A stretch of DNA of 64,000 nucleotides from Gekko japonicus (GCF_001447785.1 NW_015171594.1:22877-86876), one strand, 5' to 3'; positions 35,400 to 50,300 are shown, counted from the stretch's first letter. Program-made: numbers and translations. Notes: generated by a model from the sequence alone, not told the origin.

Positions 35400-35999
35400 N
35401 NNNNNNNNNNNNNNNNNNNNNNNNNNNNNNNNNNNNNNNNNNNNNNNNNNNNNNNNNNNNNNNNNNNNNNNNNNNNNNNNNNNNNNNNNNNNNNNNNNNN
35501 NNNNNNNNNNNNNNNNNNNNNNNNNNNNNNNNNNNNNNNNNNNNNNNNNNNNNNNNNNNNNNNNNNNNNNNNNNNNNNNNNNNNNNNNNNNNNNNNNNNN
35601 NNNNNNNNNNNNNNNNNNNNNNNNNNNNNNNNNNNNNNNNNNNNNNNNNNNNNNNNNNNNNNNNNNNNNNNNNNNNNNNNNNNNNNNNNNNNNNNNNNNN
35701 NNNNNNNNNNNNNNNNNNNNNNNNNNNNNNNNNNNNNNNNNNNNNNNNNNNNNNNNNNNNNNNNNNNNNNNNNNNNNNNNNNNNNNNNNNNNNNNNNNNN
35801 NNNNNNNNNNNNNNNNNNNNNNNNNNNNNNNNNNNNNNNNNNNNNNNNNNNNNNNNNNNNNNNNNNNNNNNNNNNNNNNNNNNNNNNNNNTAGCATTATA
35901 CCCCAATGAGGCCCCTGTCCTCCCCAGGCTCCGTCCCCAAATCTCCAGGAGTTTCTCAACCTGTATCTGGAAACCCTACCGCCGCCGCCCCATATCCCA

Positions 36000-36760
36000 T
36001 CCCCTGCCGGTGGCCATGGAGGACATGGCAACCCTCTCTGCAGCAGATCAGAAGCGAAGAAGGTGGCGCTTTTCAGAGCACAAATGAAGATGTCGGATGG
36101 CACGCAAAGAGAACTTGTCGCAGGCGGACTGCGGACCGGACAAAACGCAGAAAGCGGTCCCCCCCCACCCCGAGTAGAGTACAGTCTCCCTGTTCTTCCG
36201 GTGCCGGAGCCACTTCCGGGGCACAGCCCCAGCTGCTTATTGGCTCTCCCTTCCTCCGTCGGGCTCCGCCCCCCACCAGCCCACAGACCGGAGCAACCAA
36301 CGAGACTGCGCCGAGCCGCTCCGCGGGTGACTCGCTCGCTCGCGTTGTCTTCCCTGCGGGAAGTTGCCAGTGGCTAAGGCAAGGACCTCGGGAGCGCGCG
36401 CGCCTCCTTTCCCTCCCGGTCGCCTTGGAAACAGAGCAACCGGCCGGCCTGGTTGAGCGCGTTGGGAGGGGGTGAGTGTGGCCGGGGCCCCTCAGTCGCG
36501 TCGCCCCCCCCCTCTCCAGCCAGATCTCGGGCCCCGGGTCCCCGACGACTTTGGTGGCGGGTGGTGTGGAGTCCGTCTGTGTCGTGTGAATGCGCGGCCT
36601 GGCTCTTCAGGGTCGCAGGGGGGAAAGAGGGGGGGCTGTCCTCCTCGCCCTTCAAAACTGTCACATCGGCTGGGGGGGGGGGGGGAAAGCGACTCCTTTC
36701 CTTCCGTCGTGAGAAGCCCTCCGCTCCTGTGCAGCTGGGTCTTTCATGAGCGAGTTCGGA
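36000..36760 (+). promoter_or_regulatory. STRADA: CpG-island promoter and non-coding exon 1 of STRADA
   Basis: High GC and CpG; ETS-type cttccgg twice at 36195-36220; reverse CCAAT (attgg) ~36239; GC box ~36265; donor GG|gtgagt at 36471/36472. Confidence 0.8.
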
Positions 36761-38281
36761 TCCGTTCTGTATTTTACTGATGGGATAACTTTTTTTTTTA
36801 AATCCAGCCTCGCTGCAAAGAGTCTAGGTTGTCTCCTTTCTTTGACCTTCACCAGCCCCCTGTGAGGTGGGAAAGGCTGAGAGAGAGAGTGATTGAGGGC
36901 CCTCACCCGTTGAACTTAAGGGGACTTGACCCCCAGTCTGTCTCCTTGAGGGGCTGAAGTTACTCTTTCAAGGGCACAGTTACTAGCTGGCTTTGGCTAC
37001 ATACACTCTGAATGTGGCTGGGCCCTAGATTGCTTTATTTCTATATTTCTTAAATCTATATATTTCTATATTTTTTAAATGTGGCTGTGCCCTAGATTTC
37101 TATGGGGTGTGTGGGGGGGGGGAGATATTGTGGGTGGCTGCTAGGTTCAGTTGCTACTGCTTTTGGGCCGGCCTTTGTTGCACACCAGGGCTAGGCCAAG
37201 TTTCACAGTGGTGGCTGCAACTGCTGGGCCTGTTTCTTTCTCTCTTTCCCATCCTCCACCATCAGGAGATATTACAATAGATTGGGAGGGGGGGGGTGTC
37301 CAGGCCTATTTACACTTTACAGAAACCAAGGCTTTGCAATATTGTTGTAGATACATAAGAACCACTGAGAGTTGGCATTCTTTTCATTAAGCTGCAGGTA
37401 TGGTTTCTGTTATTTTGTGGAGTTTTAATCCCTTGATGCTTGTTTGCTTTTAAAGATTTTTCTGTGAGCCTGGGACTTTAGGTTTGTAGAAAAATCCTTC
37501 CATTTGTTTCTAGCTCCATTTTGCGGATCTGTTGAGCATTTCCTTTGTAGCACACTTTAAGAATAGTTATATAATGATTAATGTTTTATTTCCAGTTTTG
37601 GACATCAAGAGATTTTTTCAGCATACATTGTTACATTCATAACATGTAGAACTGTCGTACTAACTCTGTTGCTCTCAGAGAGCGATACTGGCAAATATTA
37701 TCAACAAAATAAGCTACATTGACTTCCATCCCTGACCTGAATTCTGTGCTTCTGGGTGGTTCAGAGATTTTCCTCTTCTAGTAGCAGCTGTTTCAAGCTG
37801 TGAACCAACCACAAGGCCTGCTGGGGAGAGGTCTTGCCTGCTTTTCTAAAACATGGGGCAGGCACCATATTGGGGAATGGTACTTAGAAGAGTCATAGGT
37901 GGCACATCAAAAAAAGCCACTTGTGGCTCTGATATAGAGTATATACAGATGCATCCTCCTTCCCTCCCAATGACTAGTAAAATGAATAACTAGAAACTGA
38001 AATGTAGCTTGTATGAGAGTGAGCTTTATGATTGAAGACTCATTTGAACCTGGTACTCTAATGTTGGTCCAGTATGCAGTGCTGGCTTCTTTTTCATGAT
38101 TGACTAGCAAATGTAGCTGGTATCATGCTTTATCAATTGTCATCATTTTCCTATGGTTGTAAGAACAAAGTAGAAGCATCAGATTTGATTTCAGTTTTTT
38201 GTAATTCTGTTTTTGTTTCTGTCATCAGGATTATTTTAAACATTTCATACCTGTGGACTAGAATCATCAAGTCTGGATTCC

Positions 38282-38317
38282 ATGTCTTTTCTTGTAAGTA
38301 AACCAGAACAAATTAGG
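38282..38317 (+). CDS. STRADA: STRADA coding exon 1 ([12 protein letters not shown]); exon begins at 38229
   Basis: Acceptor catcag ending 38228; donor gtgagt 38318; internal gtaagt at 38294. Confidence 0.92.
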
Positions 38318-41300
38318 GTGAGTGTCCAACACTTTCAGGAATTATTAATGAGCACTGTGTTTTTCCTTTCCAGGTTGGTGCCTTGATCAGAGCCTTACCA
38401 TCCTAAACAGAGTTACACCCTTCTAAGCCCATTGACTTCAACTCTACTTAGGATGGCACTGTCAGTAAGGAGCTATCTCAAACATGACTGCAATATTAAG
38501 CATACTTACCAGGAAGCAAATACGTTTGGGATCAGGTTGCAGCCAGTAAGCTTATTTAGATCGAAACTTTGAGCATGGGACAGATCTTTTCACATGGGAC
38601 AGTTCCAGTGAGATGACTCCTATTGCCACCTAGACAGTGGCATTTGTGAATGTCCCTTGTGGATGTGAAATGCCATGTTTTTTAAACATCCATATTTTTG
38701 TTTTGATTTATTGTGTATACTTTGACTACCAGGACAGATTAGGAATTGGAGGGCTGTTCATGTCATTTGCCTTCTGTAAAGTCAATGGTCTGTTTGGTGC
38801 TCACAACTATTGGGCAGGACTTGGCCAACTGAAAGAGAAGGCAGGTCACCAGCTTTTTTTTCTGTGATTGAGAGAAAGAAACATGCTGGCAGGTTTGAAA
38901 AATCCATAAACACCTGCCCTTCATCCAAAGAGCTCAGGGTGACCACTCCTCCTCTGTTAGACCTTCATAACAGCCCTGTAAGATACGTTAGGCTGTGATT
39001 GTGTGACTGGCCCAAGATCACACAGTAAGCTTTCATGACAGAGTGGGGATTTAAACCTGGATCTCCCAGATCCTAACTGGACACTCCAGCCATCACACTA
39101 TGCTGGCTGTTTACTAAACATCTCTTTAAGTAGCAATAATATTTATATTTTCTGTCATCTTTGCTTTGAAAAATAAGTTTAAAGTCTTTATTTTATTTGC
39201 TCACAACAATAACACTGTGGAGTAGGTATCTTCATTTACAGATGGGAAACAGGCTGTTAATAGTTTGCCCAAGTTCTTTCAGTCCATTATTTAGTTTTAT
39301 TTATTGAAAATAAGTATATATTCTGTCCTTTAGTCTAAAGGCTTTTGAAGTGGTTTACAGAACTAGAATAAATGTTAAGACTCCATCAAAAAGTCACTTC
39401 AAGACCAGTCTAAACCAGAAGTTATACTAAAAACAAGACCTCACACTACAGCACTACAAAATTTAAGCAGATTGAGAAGAGAGTTACCTGAAACCATTCT
39501 ACTACAGGCAATAGGATCATCAGTAAATAAAGCCAAGGTAGCAAACGGTAACTAATCCCACCATTTAAGAAAAGGCCCAGGTGAAAAAAATGTCTTTACC
39601 TGACACCAAACCATACCTAGTCCAGTGCATTCTACAGCTGAGGAGCTATGACAGAAAAGGTTCCTCTTCTTAGTAACAGACTGGGTTGTTCCTTTTTCAG
39701 ATGGAAAATGATACAGAGCCTGTGACAGATGTCTTCATTAATGGGCAGGGACTTTTAGAAGGTGGCAGTCTTAGGCACCATGATCCTAACCCATTCAAGG
39801 ATTTAAAGGTCAAAACCTGCATCTTGAATTGAGCCCAGAAGCAAATTGGCAGCCAGTGCAGTTATCTCAGGACAGGTGTAATATGTTCTGTATAAGAGAT
39901 GCCTATACAGCATTCTTCTTTAGCTTCTGAATTGTCTTCAAGGCATTGATAACATTATAACTCATGTCTTCCAGGCCTAAATCCAGTTTTCTTCCAACTT
40001 AAAGCATTTTTTTCCAGTAAACTAACTGCTTTATTCTTCTTAGTCCCATCTACCTGAATTAATACTTGCGAGAGTGGGAGCTTCAGTACTAGTAGTGCAG
40101 CCTGAATATGATCAGTCCATGGCATTGATAACATTATAACTCATGTCTTCCAGGCCTAAATCCAGTTCTCTTCCTCACCAACTTAAAGCATTTTTTTCAG
40201 TATACTAACTGCTTTATTGTTCTTAGTCCATTTACCTAACTTAATACTTGCGAGAGTGGGAGCTTCAGTAGGAGAAATGAATGCTTTCTCTTGTGGTGAA
40301 CGTTATGTCTCAAAATACTGTAGCCCTAGTCCAGTTATCTCTAGCTGTGATAAAATCCCATTGAAACTAGGGGCCAAACCAGAGGTTGGCATAGCGTGAC
40401 TTTTGGCCCCAGACGGACACCTTTGTCGACCTATCTGTTCCACTCACAAAGCTGTGCGGGTGTTTTTAATCATTAAGAGGTTTGTAGGCAAATGCTATTA
40501 ATCCTCCTTTGTCCATTGCGTTACATCCCTGTGCTCTGCCATTCCAGGCTCAGCTTCTGATTTTGGGGGCATCCTGGGGGGAAATGCCTGAAGTCAGGGA
40601 AGGGGACTTCAGGGCAGCAGTGAGCTCTTTTTGATATAAACGCTAGAATTCCCCCCATGTACTGTGGACAGGGTGACAAGTGTGACTGCGCATGTCACAA
40701 GTACCGTAGTTTGGCCCTAACTTAAGCCTTACATGTTTCACTGTGATTTGACTGAACTGGCTTCAGCTGCTTTGGGTTTGCTTGCTAAAGGGGAAGCTAA
40801 TGTAAAGCAGATGTTCAAGTCTTAGTGTATACCAGTGAAGAAGAATGTAGAGGCTTCACCCTTGGGCATTGCTAATACAAAGCCAGGCTGTTGGATGTTG
40901 CTGTTGAGGCAGAAATGTGCAAATTGTTTTTCTTCACTCTATTATGGCTTTTAAGTCAATAAGTCACATAGGTTTCTTTCTGTGGTAAAATAAAATTCTG
41001 TCATCTTCTGTTAGGTCTCACTTCTTTGGGGTTTCTTTTCTAGCGGTGGGTGTCGGAGAAGTTCATTGTTGAGGGCCTGAGGGAGCTGGAACTGCTAGGA
41101 GGTAAGTGCAAGGAATAACATAAGTAAAAGGTAAAGGTTCCCTTGCTCGAAAGCCAGTCGAGTCCGACTCTAGGGTTGCGGTGCTCATCTCTGTTTCAAA
41201 GCTGAAGAGCCAGCACTGTCCGAAGACGTTTCTGTGGTCATGTGGCCGGCATGACTGAACACCAAGGCGCACAGAACGCTGTTACCTTCCCACCGAAGTG

Positions 41301-44300
41301 GTACCTATTTATTTACTTGCAATTTCTTGCTTTCGAACTGCTAGGTTGGCAGGAGCTGGAACTAGAGACGGGAGCTCACTCCGTCATGCGGCAACTTGGG
41401 TCTCGAACTGCTGAACTACTGACCTTCCACAGCCTGCAGTTCAGCGTCTTAACCACTTGAGCCACCACATAAGTACAAGGGGTTAATATAATGCTGTTCC
41501 GCATGAACCCTCTTGTTAGATTGGGGGGGGGCAGTCTTTGTGAGCAGTGCTTAGTGTATGGTCTCATCAGCTTATAAATTAAAAATCCAAGTCGGTAAAT
41601 GCACCTATCCACTGTTTGTGTTATAGTTTGCCTTGCACCTGAGGGTCTTACATATGTTTAACAATGTCTTTTTGTATAATGATTCTTGAGAACCGTTTCT
41701 TCTAATTAAGAATCTCTTATCAATAACCCATGGGATGGAATGGTTTGTTTATTAGTTGATAGGGGTATGTGACCAGATATGTAACTTTCTTTGTTGCTGC
41801 TAAGAAAGTTAGGGAAACATATTTAGGAAAGAGAGCTGTCAGTTACAAAGGTGATTTTTGTTGATTTAAATCAGTGATACTCAGTGGCTCAAGGACTACT
41901 GTGTGGATCTTTGAGATGCCACCTGTCTCTCTCAACCTCACTCTCTTGCCTGACCTGCTGTGTCTCATGCTGAGGAGACAGCAGGAAGCCCACAAGGAAA
42001 GTGCTTCCCCTCACGTCANNNNNNNNNNAGCAGTAGTGAGAAGAGACAACCCTACCTGCACAGATGTAGTCTGGTAATTAAAAATTTTATAGTCACATAT
42101 ATAATATTAATACTGATGTTTTCTAATGTACGTAGCAGTATGGTGCACAGCACAGGGCATACAGTAGCCACGTGGTTCTTTCAGCTGTCAGTAATGATGG
42201 GATGTGGCTGTTTGCAAGCCACAGAGTGAGTACCACTGATTTAAGTTACAGGCTTTAAAACATATGCAGAGAGTTGAGCCATTCATTTCTTTACTGCAGA
42301 GCAGCCTCCAGGTGACTCACGGAGAAAAGTAAGTGACCTTGTGTAGATCGCGGTGTGGCCCATTGCATGGGTATCTCCTATTCCCTGTTGGCATTCAGCC
42401 CTCCCTTGCTTGTACGTTTAATGTGTTCACTTTTATATGCATGGGAACAAGGTTTTTCTTAGGAAAGCGGCTATTGATGTGTGGCATGAATATTTTATTC
42501 CCAGTTTTGGATTTTCAGATGGCTGTTCCCGCCAGTAGTCCACAGTACTGTTTCTGTGACCGTATGATTGATCTCTTTATTATTTTGAATTGATAAAATG
42601 CTTCCTCAGACAGGGAGATTTAAAAAAAAATGAGTTGGCTTGTCAGCTGCTGAAAAGTCAAAGCAAAACCTACCCTGTTCTTTCTGCATTCAAAATTGAA
42701 TCTAAGGGAGTTAATTTTGGCACTTCATAATTCCCTGATACCTTTCCACGGAAGGGCTAGAGCTGCAAGAGTCCCAGCTGCCTAGCCAGTTTTCTGACCC
42801 TTGAGACACCTACCTGTTTGGCACTCCCGCTAAGCATGCCCCTTGCTGGTGTTGCTGTGTGTGAAGTACTGCTGTGTTTCCCCCTTTGTGACTGGTGTGT
42901 TTTGAGATTTTGCTGCCTGTGCAAGCTGGCCAGGTGTCACTGCTGCAGGCCTGAAATGCCAGCTCTGCTTGGCTTTGCGTTCCATGATAGCTGTGGCCTG
43001 TGGTCCAGAGTTATCAGAAGCCACTTCCTCTTTCTACCATACCCCATCCTTTTGGAGGCACAACAACTGCAGTGAGCTACATTGTGTGCCTTGTGCAGTT
43101 CTGGAACTATTGAATGAACTACAGAGTTAACAGTAGAAAAAGGAATTGCTCTAGAATCAAAGTAAGCCCTCTTGCTGACCTTTGAGTATCTTTTCATGAT
43201 GCCACACACAGTGCTTCCCATGTCTGTGTTCTTTTGTGCTCTTTTCTACATCTTTCATTCCCCTGGTTTCTTGCCCTCCATCCCATATACAGCTGATCAT
43301 TTCCAGCATAAGCTATTGTCTCTAAACCAGATGAAAGCAAATAGGCTCAGAGTTTAGCTAGCTTGTTACACCTGGCATAACATCCTGAACTTGCATTGTA
43401 CCTCCTGCCAGCAGAAGAAGAGGACTGGAGTGTAAGAACATGTGGATGTATGGAGGCCAACATGTAAATGAGCCTTAAAATACTGCCAGTTAGCAACTGT
43501 CATTGTTCCAAAGTTCTACTTTTCTGTTATATATTCAATTTGTACCCCGCCCTCCCCGCAAGCAGTTATCATTTCCCTCCAACATTGGACATTCTTCACA
43601 GTTTATTTTTTATTATTTTAACTCCACAAAGAACACTTAAACTTTACAAGCTGAAGTAAAAAACCATGTGCGTGGGTGTGTGGGTGTGTTTGATAGGCAT
43701 GCAAAGGAAATCATGCTGCAAATTAGATAAGTGTTGTGTGAATGGGAGCAGTTGTGGGAGCCATGCAACTCCCCTACACCTTGAAGAACTGGGCAAATAT
43801 AAACTTCTGGCACCAGCCCTTCTGCGGACCAGAAGGCTCTGGCACAGTCTCAAGAGGACTTAATGGAGGAATGGAAGGTGTCCAGAAAGGCCATGTGAAG
43901 GAACAATACCATACAAGACACTTCATGGAGGAAGAGACCCCTGGCTGAAGGACTCCTCTGTGTCCTAAAGAGAGATGAATGCCTGTTAGAAAGGAAGAAC
44001 TCTAAAAAGGGACAGACATGTCTCCTTACACCAAAATCAAAGCAAGTATCAATATGGGAGGAGGTGTTATTGTCAGGGGTCCAAAACAGAAGGCAGCCAG
44101 CAACCCCTGAAGATGTGACACAGAGATCAGAACATGGATGAGCCCACCTCATCCTGTATTTCCATTGATTTTCTGGTGTTCCAAGGCGAGATCTTTCTTG
44201 TTCCTAGTCCTTTTACCAGAAATAATGGAAATTAAACATGTCACTTCTGTAGAGCTGAAATAAATTGGAAATTTAAAAACAAATGAAAACACCCTCCCAT

Positions 44301-47300
44301 TCAGATTTGGAAACTACAGAGAATTCCATACCATAGAATCCAAATTTCAAAATGGAGTTTGTCATGCTAATTTCTACTTTGAAATTTAGAAACATACCAC
44401 ATTTGTAATGGATTTGCAGTTTTGTTCTGTTTTTTAATAGGGATTGCAAAAAAGAATTCTAGGTTGTCAGTAGAGGGGTAGCAAAGGATACAGTAGAAAG
44501 TCAGTTAATAGAATAGTAGGTATTTTTGGATATTACCAGTGCAGAGTGACTCCAGTCTAAGCCCTGGACTGGAATAACATTATCAGATTGCATTGCAAGT
44601 AAACAAATGCTCTTTGTTTATAAAACACAGTTCAGCAGCATCCCGGAAGCTTGTCGTCCTGGCAATGACCTTTTAAGGAAAGGCTTGCTTCACTGTACCT
44701 TTAATGGTATCATTCTTATTAAAATATTATACATTGTTTTTCCTCTTGGCTCAAGGTGGCATAATTTCTAGGCCTATAGCTGATTTCATTCTCAGCCCAT
44801 TGCTGTTTTGTGCCTCAAAAAACTGTTCTAAACCCAATGGTCAGGGAGTTTCAGTGATGTTCAGTCTGATCATATGCATATTTACTCAGAGGTAAGCCCC
44901 ACTGGGTTTAATTGGACTTACTGCCAACCATCTCCTCAAGATTGCAGCCTTGAATTTATGAAATTCCTTTTTACTAGCCGTATAAAGAAAAATCAAGTGT
45001 ACACTGTAAATGCATTCATTGTAACTTCAGACCATTGGTCCATCCAGTCCAGCATTATCTACTGTGGCAAGCATTGCCCTTGATAGTGTAAGCTACGGAT
45101 AGTTGCCCGCCCTACTGTCAGAGATCTTTCTGCCTGGACAAGCCTTGAGAATCTTCTGCAAGCAAGGCAGGTACTCTAGCGTATGCTATGGCTCCTCTTC
45201 CTGGAGAAACTATGCTTGAGAAAGTGGACTGTACTCTGTATTCTTGTCACAAGAAAGTGTTAATCTTTAAGGTTCAATATAATACTTTATTCTTGGGAAG
45301 TTTTTTGTACTTCCCTTTTGTACTTTTGTACTAAACTCTTCACTTGTACTCTTCACTTTTGTACTAAATTTTTGTGGACAGGAATTTAAGCTAAACAATG
45401 GGCTAAATGTGTTTATAAAAGAGAAATGGAAGCTCACCCCAGAGGGGATGGGCTGTGGTTGAGTGGTAGAGCATCTGCTTGGCATGCAGAAGGTCCCAGG
45501 TTCAATTCGTGGGATCTCCAGGTAAAAGACCAGGGAGTAGGTGATATGAAAGACTTCTGCCTGAAACCCTGGAGACCCTCTGTCAGTCTGAGTAGACAGT
45601 ACTGATTGTGATGGACCAGCAGTCTGATTCAGTATAAGGCAGCTTCATCTGTTGTTCATGTGTTATTCAGCTTCCATTAAAGATGTGCTCCACCCTCGCT
45701 AACCACCTTGGTAATACATTCTGCTAGAATCACATGCAGAGATAAGATGGGAGATGTTAAAGTTGCTATTTTGCATGTGTTGCAATCAGGGCCTACAGTA
45801 GACTCTCTTCCATAGAGAAATTTCAAAGGGGAAGCTATCTCAGGTGAGCAAAAGCTCCTTTGAGCAACCATATCCTGCCATTTTTAGCATATGTAAGATT
45901 TTCCTATATAAAAAGTTGTTGTTTTTTTTACCTAGCTGCTTCTCTGTGTTTGAGTTCTTTCTTATTTACTTTTCTTTTGTACTTTTCCAGACTAATGAAG
46001 CAAGCATTGAGTCAATAGCGCATTTGCCCAAAAGGGACATTATGAGCAGTTATTTGCCAGATAGCAGTCTGTATGAGCTACTGAATGTAATAGGTAAGTT
46101 TTCAGTCCAAGAAAAGCACTTCCACAGAATACTGATCTACTGATTTTATGAACTGAAGAATGCTGTTCTTTTACAGTAGTTAAAGAAGTAAATTCATAGC
46201 TTGGGGAGCTGGGTCTCCTATGTCTGTTGTTGGATAAGCAGGTGGCGACACTGGTTAGGAACATCTTTCACCAACTTTGGCTGGTGATCCAGATGCAGCC
46301 TTTCGTGGTCAAAAACAAAAAACCACTTGCCACTGTGGTGTGTGCCCCAGTAACATCTAGATAATTAGACTACTGCAATGAGCTTGATGTAGGGATGCCC
46401 TTCAAGAGTGTCCAGAAACTATGATTGGTACAGAAGGCTGAAACCCAAATGCTGAATGGATTAGGTCATGGGAATCCTGTCTCTCCTGGGTTGTTCTACC
46501 TACACAGGCTCCCAATTGGTCAGGGATGGTCTTCATGATTCTGGGTCCTGGGCAAAAGTCAAAGATGAGCCCCTATACCTTCCCAGCCTCAATCCATAGC
46601 TCTCATCATTTCAGAAAACTATGGGAACTGTGATGTTCATTATGTTTATAATGTATACATGCAGCATTCTACTGCTTAGTTTAATGCTAGACCCAGTGAA
46701 CCCCACTGGAATACTGTAACTCCTTTTTTCACTGTTACCCAAATGTGGGAAATTAACCAAAGATCTGGCTTTACAAGAATGATACTCAATGACTTGGGAG
46801 CCTCATGTGGCTCTTTGAGATGCCATCTGTGGCACTTCTGAGCACTGTATGCCAATGTGGCACTCAGTCCAGGTTTCACAAAGGTGGATAAGGCCACTGC
46901 CGAGTAGGGCGTGTGGTTGGCAGGTAGTTCACATGTTGAAACAGTTACTGCTGCAGAGGCTGCAGGATTGGTAAACTGTCAGCCTCCCTGAATTGCAGGA
47001 CTTCTGCCGAGGATGTGCGTAAAGGGCTTATCCTCTCTAATTCTCTCCCTTCTCCATAGTTTATGCAGTCACCCCAGTACCCAGGCAGCTGTGAGAAGGA
47101 GAGCAAGCTGACCACAGAGAAGACAGAGTAAAACCACCCACACAACAGCCACACAGGAAAAGAGCAAGCTGGCCGCAGTGGATGGGTGGGGTGGTTTTAC
47201 TCCCCATTTCCATGTTCAACTAACTGTCCTCTGGTCACCTTGGCAATCTCATTCTTTCACCTGAGATGCTGGGAAGAAATCAAGAAGGCTGAAAGAGAAG

Positions 47301-50300
47301 GTTTCCCCCTCACTACAGATACAGAAATGGTTATATATTTAATATTAATAGTTATATTTTATTGTATCTGTGGCACACGGGATACAGTAGCTGCTTGGCT
47401 CTCTTGGTAATTGCAAATGTGGTTCTCTGTGGGTCAAGAAGTGAGTACCACTGCTTTATAGATATTTACTCACACTCCTGATAAGCAACCCTTCTCTTTG
47501 ACTCCGAGCTTCCTATTTCCAACCTTGTACTATCAACTATCAAAACGTGACTCATTCTGGAGTGCTCAGATCCTATCAGTTGGTTCAGTACACAGTTCTC
47601 ATCCCCTCTTATATTGCTGGGGCATATTGTTAAGCTCTGCCTACCACATGATTCTTGGGCTATCAAAAGCTGGAGTGAAATTCTAACTCAAGTACAGGGT
47701 AGCTTCTGCAGATGATATGAGGCCACTAGTGTCAATCTGCCATAAACCTGACTAGTTCAGTGTGCTGCCACAAGCACAAAACAAAAACAAGAAATGTGAG
47801 CAGAGCCAATAGTTCTGAGTGATAAGAAAATTTTTCTACAGTGGCAATTCCTTGATCTTATAACAGATTTTGTGGCCTGACCTGTAGTCTGTGATTTGAG
47901 TTGCCTTGTTGAATGGTCTTCTGTGTGTGTGCCTGAGAATCTACCTTTCCAGAAAACTTGTATACAATAATTGCACGCCGTCAAATCCCAGCCAACTCAT
48001 GGCAACCCCAGGACCATGAGTTTTTCAAGACAAGACATGAGCAGAGGTGGTTTGCCATTGCCTTTTTCTAACTTCCTTCCAGTCTTCCTTGGAGGTTTCC
48101 CATCCAAGTACTAAACATGACTGATCCAGCTTATATTTGTATGGGAAGGCGTTTTAGTTCTCTGTGTGAGCAGTGTCTTAAGTGAGCGCAGTTCATGAGG
48201 CTATATATATATGATTAAGTTAAGGATTTTTGATGCATGTATGCATTTGTAAGAGCCTTCTTAAACTATACGTTTGAATCACGGAATTCTGCATTTTATC
48301 TAAAGGGTTGTTGTAAGGATAAAATGGATGAGAATCAGAATGATGTAAGCAACTTTGGGTCCCCATTGGGGAGAAAGGGGTACTATAAATTAATTAAATA
48401 AATACAAATAAATATGTTCCCTTGAATGAATTATTGGAGAACAGTGGCTTTTAAATGTGAAAAACCAATCAAATCGGGTATTTTATGCAGGAGAGATGTG
48501 TGATAGAAATCAGAAAGGATTTGTCTATAATCTGCATTAAGGGGGGAGGGGTATTTCAAATATTTATACTCTACCTCTGCAAACTCAAGGTGCCTAACAA
48601 AAAAAAGCTGCAGGATACAGACGTTATAAGTGGCCAACAGATTAAAACCAGTATGTACTCAAAAACTGTTAAAAGCCAGTGCATCGTGTTAAAAGACACT
48701 ATAGTTTAAAAACTACCAAGCAAAATTTCAAGATGTTATTGAAGTTGTTCTAACGATGGTGGCTTTATCTTTCCAGGGAAGGGCTTTGAGGATCTAATGA
48801 CTGTGAATCTAGCACGTTATAAACCTACGGGAGAGTTTGTCACTGTTCGGAGGATCAACTTAGAGACCTGTACCAATGAAATGGTGGCATTTTTGCAGGT
48901 AGAGTTAGCAGTCTTATGCAGAGGTAGCTTGGCTTATTGGAGAGAGAGGCCTTGATGGTCTTGCTTACTGCATAGCAAGTGACATGTTTGCTGACACATC
49001 CTTAGGACTTTGTAATTCTGTATAAATGGGGAAAGTGTGAACCAAAAGAACTTGTAGCTCAGTCAGTGATGGCTTCATAAAACCATAGAGCTTGGAGGGT
49101 GTCAATGGTCATGTCCTGTCTAAATTCAAGATAGACAATTAGAGCCTGTCCTTGAGAGCCTCCAAGAATGGAATTTCCACAACAACGTCCATTGCTGAAC
49201 TGCTCTCAGATTAGGAGAGCCTTCCTAATTTTGTGTCTAAGCCATGATCTCTTGCAAAGTACTGATCTTAATGCTTCCATCTTTGTACTGGTACAATCTT
49301 TGTGATGTGTTCTGCATGTATTATAAGAGTATTGTGTCCAAGCAAGCTTTTTGTAGAGATTTATATCAGTTTCTGTTCTATTTATTTAAAAATGAACAGA
49401 CTGCCTTTCTGAAACGCAGAACAGTGTGCTGTTGAACAGTAAACAAAAATGCAACCCCCAGTGGCTATTACGTTCTTTTAAGGAAACCCACTAGCAAACA
49501 CAGCTAAAATAGAATGATTTTACTTTATTAGGGGAAGGTAGCATGATGAGGTGTGAAGAGGTCTTGTTATGTTCAGGCAACTGTGGGGTGATGTAACTAT
49601 GAATGTCAACACCACAGGGAACTATACCAGTATTAATGAGTTCTTTTTGAACTGTCTTTTTACGTTGTTGCATTGTTTTGTAACCTGAAGCATTGCTTTT
49701 TAATTTCTTTTTTAGAGAAGTATACATATTTCTTTTAAAAAATTGATTCTTCCACCAGTGAAAGCTAAACGAGGTGGTTTCAGGCAGACCCTATTGCAGG
49801 GAATGTCATAAGTGTGATAAAAATATCTCTGCTCAGAGTGCTCACTAATCTAACCTGCAAAGTCAGACATTTTTAGCAAGCAGTCAAAAAACATCAGGAA
49901 GAAGGAGCTTCTTCAGATGCACAAAACCTGGTTCCTGATCCCATGCTGCTTAGGGCGTCTGCCCCTGGAACAGAGCTCAGAGGCATGCTTTTAGCCAAAG
50001 CAGCATGGCCAGGATTAGAGCTATGTTCCCTTAGCTCTGCTGCTGACAACAAGCAAGTTACAGAACTTTGTACCAGCTGAAATTTTGAATGGTCTTCAAG
50101 GATAGCCCAATGTACAGCATATTACGAAGGTTGTTGACCTGCCATACTGGTCCAAATCCAAGCCCTACCTTTTATTAAGACCCATCTACAATGCCACAAA
50201 ATAGCATGTAAGCTTTCAAGATTGCCAGACCCCTTCATCAAGCTGGATGTTGAAAAAGGGGGGGAAAGACACTGTGTTCTTAAAAGCCTCAGCTCACTGG

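Noticed and set aside
35157-36103. Long ORFs spanning 35400-35890
   Set aside because: Artefacts of translating through Ns; only the short CR1 peptide is real
35906-36780. Pro/Arg/Gly-rich ORFs in several frames
   Set aside because: Expected from stop-poor CpG-island DNA; no recognisable protein
39942-40270. ~150-bp intronic direct repeat in STRADA
   Set aside because: Simple local duplication with no splice signals or coding potential
45444-45520. tRNA-like sequence (also at 1499, 27360, 58355)
   Set aside because: SINE heads with no intact cloverleaf, followed by SINE body sequence
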